This document shows, piece by piece, positions 43,920 to 53,532 of a stretch of 64,000 nucleotides of DNA; within the stretch, counting starts at the first letter, position 1, and each line of letters begins with the position of its first letter. The notes beneath the pieces are model-generated. The model worked only from the letters and a program-made list of their open reading frames with translations, did no database searches and was not told the DNA's origin. The position numbers were made by a program, and so were the translations under genes. Where the stretch lies: NCBI GenBank assembly GCA_958295485.1, contig OY282354.1, positions 2,166,068 through 2,230,067 of the forward strand, given 5' to 3'. Source of the DNA: an uncultured Gammaproteobacteria bacterium (GTDB lineage: Bacteria > Pseudomonadota > Gammaproteobacteria > Eutrophobiales > Eutrophobiaceae).

Positions 43920-44248
43920 AAATCACCAAGTATACTGTCTTCCGCCTTTTGCCCCTTGTCTTCCGCCTCGCTGTGGCCAAGATGCTTTTCCGGGGCTATT
44001 TTATCTCTTACAAGCTGTTTGAGTTCTTTTGCCTCCGGAAACCTGCCTGCTGATTTTTTTGAATAGATCATCTCACCATCGACCCTGATATCAAAGATCC
44101 CTCCTGTTCCCGGGATTAAGACCACCTCTCCAACATCTTCACCAAAAGTCATCAATAATTCCTGCGCCAACCAGGCGGCCCTCAAGACAAATCGGCATCG
44201 AGCGCAGTAAATAACTTCAATTCTTGGGGAACGCATGTCAGCCCGCAT
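43916..44248 (-). CDS. SelT/SelW/SelH (Rdx) family thioredoxin-like protein
   Basis: 110 aa. IEVIYCARCRF...WLAQELL, i.e. a CxxC Rdx motif with both Cys encoded by TGC. Its stop overlaps the antiporter start (ATGA). The start may be the ATG at 44236. Confidence 0.8.
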   Translation of the reverse strand: MRADMRSPRIEVIYCARCRFVLRAAWLAQELLMTFGEDVGEVVLIPGTGGIFDIRVDGEMIYSKKSAGRFPEAKELKQLVRDKIAPEKHLGHSEAEDKGQKAEDSILGDL

Positions 44249-44328
44249 ATCTCGCCAAACCGCTGGTCATCAATGGAAAGTTTTCTGTTACCAATCAGTT
44301 ATTGAGAGTTTATCACATGGATTGACGG

Positions 44329-45690
44329 TCATTGCTTAACCGCAAAAAGCGCCCTGTCCCTTCTCATTAAATAAACGATTAACAATACTGCCGGCGCCCC
44401 CAATAATCCGGCATATAAAAAGAACCAGGCATAGCCGACCGCTTCAACCACGACGCCTGAGAAACCACCGATAATTTTCGCCGGCAAGGTCATCAAAGAA
44501 GAAAACAAAGCGTATTGAGTGGCGGTATAGGCGGTATTGGTCAGGCCGGACAGGTAAGCGATAAATACCGATGACGCAAAACCGCCACTCAGGTTGTCAA
44601 CGCTGATAACGGTCGCAAGGCTGACGAGATTTGGCTCGCTGACGGCCAACCAGACGAAGAATAAATTGGTTATGGGCACTAATATGGAACCCAGCAGCAA
44701 GGGTTTGTATATCCCGTAACGCAAGACAAATATCCCGCCTGCTCCTGCGCCGATAATTGTCATGAAAAATCCGTAAATCTTGGTGATATTTGCAATTTCC
44801 GTCTTGCTGAACCCTGAATCCAGGTAAAAAGGATTGGCCATTACCCCCATGGTTATATCGCTGATCCTGAACGTTCCGATGAGCAGCAGTATGAGCAACG
44901 CCAATAACCCGTTTCTTTTGAAGAATTCGACAAAAGGGCTGACTACGGCGCTTACGAACCAGGAGGCTGTCCGGCCAACAAGGTATTTATTTTTTCCCAA
45001 TCCGACCTGCCGGCCTAATTCATGTTCCAGTCGCTCGGTATCCGTAGAAACCGGATGCTCAGGTTCATCGATGAGCAGGGTCGTTATTATCCCTATTCCC
45101 ATCAAACAAGCCATGGTGAAATACGCATATTGCCAAGTCTGGGCCGCAGCAATATAAAAAGCGCCGGCGCCGGCGACCAGCAAGGCCACCCGGTACCCGA
45201 ACACGTAGCTGGCCGCCATCGCTCCTTGCAATAATTTATCTGCCGCTTCAATACGGTAAGCATCGATAGTAATATCCTGCGTCGCTGAGCCAAACGCAAC
45301 GATCAGCGCAAAAATTGCGATTTGCTGCAACTGCGCCTGGGGGTCGCACATTGCCATGCCCAGCAAACCAAGCGCAATCAAGAGTTGAGCTGACAACATC
45401 CATGAGCGTCTTTTACCCATTCGTTTGGTCAGGATGAAAATGGGCGCCCGGTCTACGACAGGCGCCCAGAACACCTTGATCGAGTAGGTAATGCCAATCC
45501 AACTGACAAACCCGATTGTCGATAAAGCCAACCCTTCGTCACGCAGCCAGGCCGATAAAGTCGAAAAAACCAGGAGAAAAGGCAGTCCCGCGGAAAACCC
45601 GAGAAAACTCATTGCAACGACGCGGGGTCTCCCGTATACCGTTATGGCCTCACGCCAGCTCCTGCCTGTTTTACCTGTCAAATCTGTCAC
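44329..45690 (-). CDS. ampG: AmpG-family muropeptide MFS permease
   Basis: 453 aa. N-terminus (YGRPRVVAMSFLGFSAGLPFLLVFSTLSAWLRDEG) is typical of AmpG. Confidence 0.88.
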   Translation of the reverse strand: MTDLTGKTGRSWREAITVYGRPRVVAMSFLGFSAGLPFLLVFSTLSAWLRDEGLALSTIGFVSWIGITYSIKVFWAPVVDRAPIFILTKRMGKRRSWMLSAQLLIALGLLGMAMCDPQAQLQQIAIFALIVAFGSATQDITIDAYRIEAADKLLQGAMAASYVFGYRVALLVAGAGAFYIAAAQTWQYAYFTMACLMGIGIITTLLIDEPEHPVSTDTERLEHELGRQVGLGKNKYLVGRTASWFVSAVVSPFVEFFKRNGLLALLILLLIGTFRISDITMGVMANPFYLDSGFSKTEIANITKIYGFFMTIIGAGAGGIFVLRYGIYKPLLLGSILVPITNLFFVWLAVSEPNLVSLATVISVDNLSGGFASSVFIAYLSGLTNTAYTATQYALFSSLMTLPAKIIGGFSGVVVEAVGYAWFFLYAGLLGAPAVLLIVYLMRRDRALFAVKQ

Positions 45691-45893
45691 CTTATTTCAA
45701 TTTTTCCCGCGCTCCCTGCGGTTTGATGATATTGCGCTCATTCTTAACGTCAAGTCAGTATCGCAGACATGGGCACGGAAATAGAGATGGGCGATCTCGA
45801 TGCCGGCTTCGCGAAACCGGCCTGGCTGGGTAAAGACGTATCCAATGAACCCAGGTATTACAACGTTTACTTGATAGAGCAGCCTTACAGCCG

Positions 45894-45983
45894 CTGGCGC
45901 TGACCCACAAGGGCAATCCCTGTGGTACCCTGCCCTCGCTACGCGCCGACGCTGCCCAGGGCAAGCGCGGGCCTGCCCCTGCA
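45894..45983 (+). repeat. GC-rich dispersed repeat, copy 2
   Basis: See copy 1. Intergenic between ampG and the MFS gene. Confidence 0.65.
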
Positions 45984-46024
45984 ATGGAGAAGCAGGGACG
46001 GTTCATCTTTCCGCGACGCGGCTC

Positions 46025-47734
46025 TCATCCCGCGTTTTTTAATTCTTCCTCCGACATGTGGTGTCTTGCATCCACCGGGCGCATGAAAGCATTGCTTACC
46101 AATGCTATCGCCAATAACAACGCCATGAGATACATGGTGGTGTTATACAGGTTGGTGGTTGGGTCGACGCTGCCGGCCGGCGCGATCTCCATCAATTTGG
46201 CGATGGTCACGGTTTTTGCCTGCACCAGCGCCGACAGTTGATCAACGCCGGCGCCAAACGTCGCCTTGAAAACAGCAGGGTCTGTTTTCGCCACCAAATC
46301 ATCGATGGCCCTGGTTACGGCGCTTTCCCGCAGGGAAGTAATCGCCCAGGGGCCTAATACGCCGGCGGTGCTCCAGGCGGTCAACAACCGGCCATGGATG
46401 CCCCCGACGTATTTCGTGCCGAAGATGTCAGCCAGGTATGCCGGGATAGTGGCAAAGCCGCCGCCGTACATGGTGAAGATAATCATGGTTGCCGCATAAA
46501 AATACACCAACCAGACTACGGCGGGGTTGACGCTGACCTGTTGCGCGGTATAGGGGATGGAGCAATAGAGTAAAATACCCAACGCAAAGAAGATCCAGTA
46601 GGTGTTGCGCCGGCCCATGTAATCCGATGCGCTGGCCCAGATAAAACGGCCTACCATGTTAAACACGCTGATCATGATTACGTAGGTGGCGGCAAAGGCC
46701 CCATCGACGATACCCGGCAAGGTCGTGCCGAATATCTCGGTCATCATGGTCTTGGCCACGCCAAGTACGCCGATGCCGGCGGTGACGTTGAAACAGAGCA
46801 CGATCCATAATTGGTAAAACTGGCGCGTTTTCAGGGCCTGGTCGATGTCCACGTGGTTCTGCGTCATCATTTTCTTTTGCGCATGGGTTTCATCCGGTGG
46901 AGTCCAACCGGCCGGTCGCCATCCTTCCGCCGGGAGGCGATAAGAAAATGCGGCGATCATCATGATGACGAAGTAAATAACGCCCATGGTGAAAAAGGTC
47001 TGCGCAACGCCTACTGAGCCGGTACTGACCAGGTAGACGCCTTCCGGACCGGGCACCACCATTTTTGCTATTTCATTGGCGCCGACCACTACCACCTCCT
47101 GTAATTCGCCACCAACTTCCACAAAGCGTCGGCCTGCTTTTGTAATCAGTTCGACGTCGGCGACCATGCCGAGATACTCAGGGGCCTGGTAATAAAATTT
47201 AATGAAAAATTCCTTTAACGGCGCGCCGATCATGGCGCCGCCGCCGAAACCCATGATCGCCATGCCCGTGGCCATGCCGCGCCTGTCAGGGAACCATCGG
47301 ATGAGCGTGCCAACGGGGGAAACGTAACCCAGTCCCAAGCCACAGCCGCCCAGTACGCCATAACCCAAATACAACAGCCATAACTGGTGGCTGATAATCC
47401 CCACGCCGCCTAATATGAACCCTCCGCCCCAGCAACACGCTGATACTACCCCTACCTTGCGCGGGCCCACTTGTTCCAGCCACCTGCCGCCGATGGCGGC
47501 CGCCAAACCCAAAAAAACGATTGCCACGGTAAATATCCATACAACGCTTTTCAGGCTCCAGTCATCAGCTGCGCCGCTAACTACCCCGATGTGTTTTATC
47601 AGGGCGGGATTAAAGATACTCCAGGCATAAACCGAACCGATACAAAGGTGAATCCCAAGAGCCGCCGGCACGATTAACCAGCGATTGAATCCGGGTTTGG
47701 CAATGATTTGCTGCTTAGATAAAAGACCCGACAT
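46025..47734 (-). CDS. MFS transporter, oxalate/formate antiporter (OFA) family
   Basis: 569 aa from the ATG at 47734 (MSGLLSKQQIIAKPGFNRWLIVPAALGIHLCIGSVYAWSIF). Twelve or more TM segments with a large central loop. Confidence 0.85.
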   Translation of the reverse strand: MSGLLSKQQIIAKPGFNRWLIVPAALGIHLCIGSVYAWSIFNPALIKHIGVVSGAADDWSLKSVVWIFTVAIVFLGLAAAIGGRWLEQVGPRKVGVVSACCWGGGFILGGVGIISHQLWLLYLGYGVLGGCGLGLGYVSPVGTLIRWFPDRRGMATGMAIMGFGGGAMIGAPLKEFFIKFYYQAPEYLGMVADVELITKAGRRFVEVGGELQEVVVVGANEIAKMVVPGPEGVYLVSTGSVGVAQTFFTMGVIYFVIMMIAAFSYRLPAEGWRPAGWTPPDETHAQKKMMTQNHVDIDQALKTRQFYQLWIVLCFNVTAGIGVLGVAKTMMTEIFGTTLPGIVDGAFAATYVIMISVFNMVGRFIWASASDYMGRRNTYWIFFALGILLYCSIPYTAQQVSVNPAVVWLVYFYAATMIIFTMYGGGFATIPAYLADIFGTKYVGGIHGRLLTAWSTAGVLGPWAITSLRESAVTRAIDDLVAKTDPAVFKATFGAGVDQLSALVQAKTVTIAKLMEIAPAGSVDPTTNLYNTTMYLMALLLAIALVSNAFMRPVDARHHMSEEELKNAG

Positions 47735-47830
47735 ACTTCCCCCTTTTTTATTTATTTCAGGCGCCCACTCCGGCTGCGCCGACGCCCTCCGCCAGGCGCC
47801 AGAACAACAAACGCGCATAAACAGGCCAAG

Positions 47831-48061
47831 TCAAGATTCGACCCCTTTACACCAGCGCATATTCAGCTTTCTTTTGTGCGCCGCGCAGTCACGCAAGTAA
47901 AGATTAATAAGAGTTTGATAAGGAATGCCCGATTCTTCTGAAAGGGCTTTAAAATACTCGACAGAATCCCTGTCTAACCGCATGGTAACGGGTTGCTTCA
48001 GAAATTTCACATAAGGGTTTTTTTTGCCCTCCATTTTTGAAAATTCATAGTGTTTTCTCAT
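47831..48061 (-). CDS. BrnA/CopG-like antitoxin-family small protein (orphan; no toxin gene seen)
   Basis: 76 aa from the ATG at 48061. VTMRLDRDSVEYFKALSEESGIPYQTLINLYLRDC matches the motif I recall for that antitoxin family. Lies 31 nt downstream of the DUF1998-type gene on the same strand. Confidence 0.6.
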   Translation of the reverse strand: MRKHYEFSKMEGKKNPYVKFLKQPVTMRLDRDSVEYFKALSEESGIPYQTLINLYLRDCAAHKRKLNMRWCKGVES

Positions 48062-48092
48062 TTTCTGTAACTCCAACAGGTCTGTTCTATTG

Positions 48093-49913
48093 TTACAGAT
48101 ACTCCCTGATTTTCCTATCCAGGAATGAATTAAACCCCTCACAGGCATTTTCAGCGATTAATACACATGAATAACACGCCGCCAAATTCATTTCGCCAAC
48201 ACCCTGTCCCTTAGAATGGTAACAAATTGGATCAGACGCACAGTCTTTGGCTCGCTCTAAAGCGCAATCCAAAAGGTCGGCAAATTTATCAGGTTGAGCC
48301 TGAGATACCAAACCACCATAACTTCCTTCCATGCCACCCACCGTATAAATCAACGCTCCTTGCATATTCTTATTATCAACGAACAATCGCTCGCTCAACG
48401 AAACCGTTGGATAGCCACAAAAAAATTCCAACTCTTTCATCAAAAAATGACAAAGAGTATGGACAAAAATATATCGTCCCAAATGCTGATAACCGGAAAA
48501 ACGATCATGAAACAAAGGAGACTTACCAACTTTCTTATAAATCCCTTCTAATAAGCTCCTGGTTTTTTCTATGTATTTTTGAATTACATCTGAGCTAATT
48601 GTGAAAAATATCCCTTCACCATAATTTTCTGCTCCCAATAAATATTCAGTATTTTTTGCTTGTGATGAGGTATATCGAGGTTTGATTTGATCGGAGTCAC
48701 CTCCCAAAAACAAATCAATGTCAATCGGTTGCTGGCGAGTATAGCCGGTTTGCACGGTAGTTATTTTAAGCCGGGAAACTGCTACCAGCTTCTCAATTCC
48801 TGATAAGCTTAACGGCGGCTGGTGTTTAAATATAAATTCATTATGTATCGACCGCTCTTTTTGTAACAGATACTCATATTCTTGTTTGCGGAATTCCGCC
48901 TCTCTCTCAAAAGGTGTCTTTGCATTGCTACTGTTTATGTACTGTTTAATATCCTCTTTGCTATATTTGCCCTCCAATTCATCAAACATGTGGTCTATGG
49001 TTTTTCCCCTTTCTCCCCAACGATCTATTTTTCTTTGGTCCGCATCTGAAATATTACTCTCATGTGGTAAATACAGACTGCGAACCAGAAGGGGGTAATA
49101 GACGCTGTTACTTGAACGAACGACTGTCTTATACCTGTGCTTGCTGTCTCCTGATGAAAAAGTTAAACCAAATAAGCCAGAAAGAGTTGCACGTTTCCAA
49201 CAAGATGCACAGCGAATACTAATGCCTGCTAAATCCTCAAAATCACCTTGCCTATAGTTCAAATCGGGATTGCCACAACATCGGTTCCAATTGGCTAAAT
49301 CAATGGCGCCATCCTGCTCGTCTCTGGATTGCTCTTTAAAGGTAATCCAACGGTCCCAAGGCACATCCCTGATTTTTCCATCAGAGCTAATCATAATGAA
49401 GCGGACCTGTGTTAATTCATAATATTTTTTCCTTTTTTTATCTTGGGATGCTTTGGAATAACAGTGATAACATTTGGGTGGTATAAATAGCCCGCGCGCG
49501 CTATTGGCTTTCCCGGGCCCATATTGGGCAATAGCATCTTTCCAACCTTTTAACCATTGCTGCATCTTTTTGAAGCTGTGGCAATTACTACAAAACATCC
49601 ACTCAGGAAAATACTGGGCGCTTGCAACTGCCTCTGGGTCGGCAGGTTTGGAGTTGTAGCCGAAATCGTTAGCGGTGTTGACTGGCGCACTAACCAACAT
49701 TTTTAATTTCGGAAATCCCTTTTCACTACGCAATCGTTTAATCAAACGATTGTCTGAAATTTGGTATTTTTCATCATCTTTCTTCTTTTCAATATAACGC
49801 CACCTTTCAAGGTTGTTTATTTTTACTACTCCGTCAACACCTTCAACCAACGCCCCCACGCCGGCAAATGCCCCCACCATTTTTCGGCTGGGTATTTCCA
49901 ACCATTTACTCAT
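48093..49913 (-). CDS. DUF1998-type zinc-binding protein, DrmB-like
   Basis: 606 aa. N-terminal PSRKMVGAFAGVGALVEG motif. CxxC...CxxC ribbon (C108/C111/C148/C151; nt 49461..49592). C-terminal cluster C-x5-C-x15-C-x2-C-x7-C (nt 48141..48242). Its ATG overlaps the helicase stop (ATGA). Confidence 0.75.
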   Translation of the reverse strand: MSKWLEIPSRKMVGAFAGVGALVEGVDGVVKINNLERWRYIEKKKDDEKYQISDNRLIKRLRSEKGFPKLKMLVSAPVNTANDFGYNSKPADPEAVASAQYFPEWMFCSNCHSFKKMQQWLKGWKDAIAQYGPGKANSARGLFIPPKCYHCYSKASQDKKRKKYYELTQVRFIMISSDGKIRDVPWDRWITFKEQSRDEQDGAIDLANWNRCCGNPDLNYRQGDFEDLAGISIRCASCWKRATLSGLFGLTFSSGDSKHRYKTVVRSSNSVYYPLLVRSLYLPHESNISDADQRKIDRWGERGKTIDHMFDELEGKYSKEDIKQYINSSNAKTPFEREAEFRKQEYEYLLQKERSIHNEFIFKHQPPLSLSGIEKLVAVSRLKITTVQTGYTRQQPIDIDLFLGGDSDQIKPRYTSSQAKNTEYLLGAENYGEGIFFTISSDVIQKYIEKTRSLLEGIYKKVGKSPLFHDRFSGYQHLGRYIFVHTLCHFLMKELEFFCGYPTVSLSERLFVDNKNMQGALIYTVGGMEGSYGGLVSQAQPDKFADLLDCALERAKDCASDPICYHSKGQGVGEMNLAACYSCVLIAENACEGFNSFLDRKIREYL

Positions 49914-52900
49914 TGTTCACTGCACCCGTCTTGGGCATTCGGTATCTGGACTTGAATAAAACTACTACTGTCTATATCCCGCATGGACTGCATCACTTTC
50001 CATTTCTTGTCTTCCTCGGATACTTGAGACGTCGGCTTCTTCAGCAATGCGCTCGTCTTCCCATCATAGGTTTCATAAGGATTTTCTTTGCTAATTTTTC
50101 CATGCCAATCTTGCGCCAATTCATCCAACTTTTTACAACAATATTCAAATATTTCAGGCTGATTAAATCGGCCTCTAATCACTTGTTTTAAATTCAGCCC
50201 ATGCTTGCGCTTATCGAAATCTTTTATACTCTCATTTTTGTAAAGCCCTTCCTTGTGTCGCACATAAGTGATAAACATACTGGCGATCATCTTATCAATA
50301 GTATTGGCAGTGAAAGGGGTCAAACTGAGCGGCTCAACCTGCTTGTACAGTGATTGATGGAATGATATAAAATGCTCAAAACAAGATTTGTCACGAGCTC
50401 GATTTGAGTCAAAAAAACTAATCACCAATCCTTTATCCTTCCTGCCTATTCGCGAGGAAGCCTGGATATACTCAGCGGTGTTACGCGGCATTCCGTTAAC
50501 CAGCATGATATTAAGACGAGAAATGTCAATGCCTACTGACAGCATATTGGTTGCCAAAACCAAATCAACCACACCCTTTGCTGTGTATTTATAGCTTTCT
50601 GGATGAGTTTCTAAACTAAAAGCTTTTTCCAATTTGCTCAAAGATTGTTTTATTTTGCTGCTTTCAATTCGTGAAGTTAGTTCCTCCGTTCTATTTTTCA
50701 GGCCATAAAAATTAAACCGGTGTTCGCTTAACCCCAGACTTGCCTGTTTTTGTCTAACAGTAGTCATAATTTCATCACCCACCTTGTTCGACATCCTGCC
50801 AACATCTCTAAGGCTGTTGTAATAGGAAACCAATGTCCAATACGGGGATGTTTTATCCTCATTCTCTCCACATTCCAGATGTGTTCGCAGACGAGCAATA
50901 AAAAGAGCAGATAATAATTGCACTTGGCTATCTATGCCCGTTTTCCCCGTTGGCATAAACCCTAAATAGCAGCGATTACTTTCTTCACCTTGTTTGGCAA
51001 AAAAACTGTCCTCATAACTTAATCCAGGTGGTGGGAAAACATAAGATTGCCTGTTGCTGTAGAGGTTTTTGATTTGTTGGTCAGTATTGCGAGTAGTTGC
51101 CGTGGATGCAATAATTTTTGGTTTCTTGCCTTCTTTACTACAAAGGTCCTCAACCACTGTTTCAAAGAGGCCCGAAATAGAGCCTAATGGCCCTGACAAA
51201 AGATGAAGCTCATCCTGAATGACTAAATCGGGCGGTAGCCCCCCTTCTTGCAAACTATTAAAAAATCTGTGACCCTTCTCCCTCCAGCCCAGCATGGCAA
51301 ACTTGTCGACTGTTGCAAACAATAATGAGGGGGGATAGTTGTATAAAGCATCATCAACAACGGATATTGGCAAGCCTGCTCCATTATGAAAATGACATTT
51401 TTCATTCAGGCATTTGATGACCATTCTTTTCTGTCCGTCCCTGACATCAAAGGCATGAGTATAATTGCCTGATTTGTTGCCAATTAGCGGGCTATTACAC
51501 CAGGGACATTTATCAATTTGAAATCGAGTTGCCCGTTCCCCGTTTTCTCTAATTTTTTCAGTTATTTTTTTTGCATCTTCTAATGTGTTGGGCGTGGAAG
51601 ATTGTCCGATCCACAAACCGGCCGAAATCGGATCTTTCTTTAATTCACCAACAAAATTCAACCTTAAATATTCCAATACCGTAATAAGTCTGCTTGTTCT
51701 TTCAAACTGCTGGGCCGTCAGCAACCTGAGGGTATATCGCATGATGACTGAAACACCTTGATAGTTGTCATTATTCATCCTGCGCCACAATATGGTTAGC
51801 GTCGCAACAGCCAAATATGCTTCTGTCTTACCCCCACCAGTGGGAAACCAGATTAAGTCCACCCCTTCATTACGATACTCTGATTCAGGATTGATAACAC
51901 TCTCAAGACTTAGCAACAAGAACGCCAATTGAAATGGACGATAATGATATTTCTTTAATTGAGCTTCGGGAATCGGACAGCTATCCGTTAAATTCGTATT
52001 TTTTTGTATCAGCGAATAACCATTTTCCTCATTCAAGGCAAACTGTAGCAGCATTGCCGTGTTGGTGAACTGAAATGCCCTAAACAGATCTCTATTTGTT
52101 TTTATTAATTCCACGCCTTCATTTAATCGCGTGAGGGTGGTATCCAACTGATCAAAAATTTGTTTTGCTTCTTTTCCCCCAGCGTCACTGGACTTTTTCT
52201 GCTCAGCTATCCAGTCAGCATACTTCCCGACAAATTGTTCAATTCGACAGACAGTTTCTGCTTGAGAATCCCCCCATATAGACAAGTCGGAAAGAGCGAT
52301 ATTTTCTCCTTTCGTGGTAAGCCCTTTTAGCTCGTATATGGGCAGGTAACTTGTTTTTATCCAGCCTGGATGCCCATTATTTTCATCCCAGACCGCGCTA
52401 CAATTATGCCCGATGGCAAAATGCTTTTGCCCTCTATATAAAAACTCCAATTGTTTTTGTTCATCATCACCTTGAAATGAGCGATTGCGCTTATAATTCT
52501 GTAACTTCCCGGATTGAATGGCAATTTCTGATTGAAACAGGCAGGAGCGATTAATCTCTTCGTTCGTCGAAGAAAACCCTCTCTCTTTGAGGGTGCTGAA
52601 ACAGTTGACCAACTGTAATTTTATATATTGCTTCCCATCTTCCTGGAATTTTTTGATCGTATAACCGGCATTTTCGAATTTTGAAAATCTCCTGGGATTG
52701 ATAATCTCTTGCCCATCAACAGCTACTTGCTCAACGATTTTATAAAATTTCCGCTTCCATATTGGCCTAATTAGTTTTCTGAAAACATCTCCGGCTCGTT
52801 TTGGCTCTTTAGCATCCTTCGGCAACTTTTTAACCCAGTCATCAAAATCCTTATATGCTCTGGATTTCACCTTTGTTTCTTTCAGTTCCCGGGTTAGAGA

Positions 52901-53473
52901 AAGGTAACCATGATTATCTTCAGTCGGTTCAAATTTCAACAAATCTTTCAGCGGAAATCCGTATTTGTCATCACAGAGAGTTAGATAGGTAGATTTCGTC
53001 GTTTTCAGGCGTATATCATCTGCGTTGAATTTGTCGCTATAACAAGCAAATGAGAAAGTAGCGTTTATGTATTTTTCCGATTTATCCACACAAAAACTGA
53101 TACCCATATCAGAGGGATAGAAGTGGGAAGTAGTATCCGTATAAAAATCTTCTTTTAACTGCTCTGTTGGCTTTTCCTCACTTTCAATATCCTGCCCCCC
53201 AGAGAGATCATCGCTTTCTTCATCGTCCAATTCAGGAACCTTATTTTCACTGTCATCTATCGCTGATTCACTATCATCCCTATCCCTGGCGCCATGGTTT
53301 TCATCTTTTTTCCTGGGATAAAGCACACCAGTGTAATAACGCTTCAGTGGAAAACCAGATATAAGCTCCTCAGCAATATTTTCATCATCAAAAATATCTG
53401 AGCCCGGACCCAGCAACAACTCGCGAATGGTCTTCTCAAAAATTTTAATAGCTGGCTGTGCCATCTTCTTCAT
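49910..53473 (-). CDS. Large SF2 (DExH) helicase, DrmA-like
   Basis: 1187 aa. Motif I FPTGGGKTEAY (nt 51821..51844), motif II DELH (51203..51214), motif VI QASSRIGR (50441..50464). Non-helicase N-terminus of ~540 aa with an acidic tract. Cys4 insertion between motifs I and II. Confidence 0.8.
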   Translation of the reverse strand: MKKMAQPAIKIFEKTIRELLLGPGSDIFDDENIAEELISGFPLKRYYTGVLYPRKKDENHGARDRDDSESAIDDSENKVPELDDEESDDLSGGQDIESEEKPTEQLKEDFYTDTTSHFYPSDMGISFCVDKSEKYINATFSFACYSDKFNADDIRLKTTKSTYLTLCDDKYGFPLKDLLKFEPTEDNHGYLSLTRELKETKVKSRAYKDFDDWVKKLPKDAKEPKRAGDVFRKLIRPIWKRKFYKIVEQVAVDGQEIINPRRFSKFENAGYTIKKFQEDGKQYIKLQLVNCFSTLKERGFSSTNEEINRSCLFQSEIAIQSGKLQNYKRNRSFQGDDEQKQLEFLYRGQKHFAIGHNCSAVWDENNGHPGWIKTSYLPIYELKGLTTKGENIALSDLSIWGDSQAETVCRIEQFVGKYADWIAEQKKSSDAGGKEAKQIFDQLDTTLTRLNEGVELIKTNRDLFRAFQFTNTAMLLQFALNEENGYSLIQKNTNLTDSCPIPEAQLKKYHYRPFQLAFLLLSLESVINPESEYRNEGVDLIWFPTGGGKTEAYLAVATLTILWRRMNNDNYQGVSVIMRYTLRLLTAQQFERTSRLITVLEYLRLNFVGELKKDPISAGLWIGQSSTPNTLEDAKKITEKIRENGERATRFQIDKCPWCNSPLIGNKSGNYTHAFDVRDGQKRMVIKCLNEKCHFHNGAGLPISVVDDALYNYPPSLLFATVDKFAMLGWREKGHRFFNSLQEGGLPPDLVIQDELHLLSGPLGSISGLFETVVEDLCSKEGKKPKIIASTATTRNTDQQIKNLYSNRQSYVFPPPGLSYEDSFFAKQGEESNRCYLGFMPTGKTGIDSQVQLLSALFIARLRTHLECGENEDKTSPYWTLVSYYNSLRDVGRMSNKVGDEIMTTVRQKQASLGLSEHRFNFYGLKNRTEELTSRIESSKIKQSLSKLEKAFSLETHPESYKYTAKGVVDLVLATNMLSVGIDISRLNIMLVNGMPRNTAEYIQASSRIGRKDKGLVISFFDSNRARDKSCFEHFISFHQSLYKQVEPLSLTPFTANTIDKMIASMFITYVRHKEGLYKNESIKDFDKRKHGLNLKQVIRGRFNQPEIFEYCCKKLDELAQDWHGKISKENPYETYDGKTSALLKKPTSQVSEEDKKWKVMQSMRDIDSSSFIQVQIPNAQDGCSEQ

Positions 53474-53532
53474 TCTTTGCAGTTGTAATTTAATCTATTA
53501 AAAGAAAGGAAGGCAGATTTATCGAAATATTC

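Noticed and set aside
44170-44215. Checked the Rdx-family gene for an in-frame TGA (selenocysteine) in the CxxC/CxxU motif.
   Set aside because: Both redox positions are TGC Cys codons and there is no in-frame TGA.
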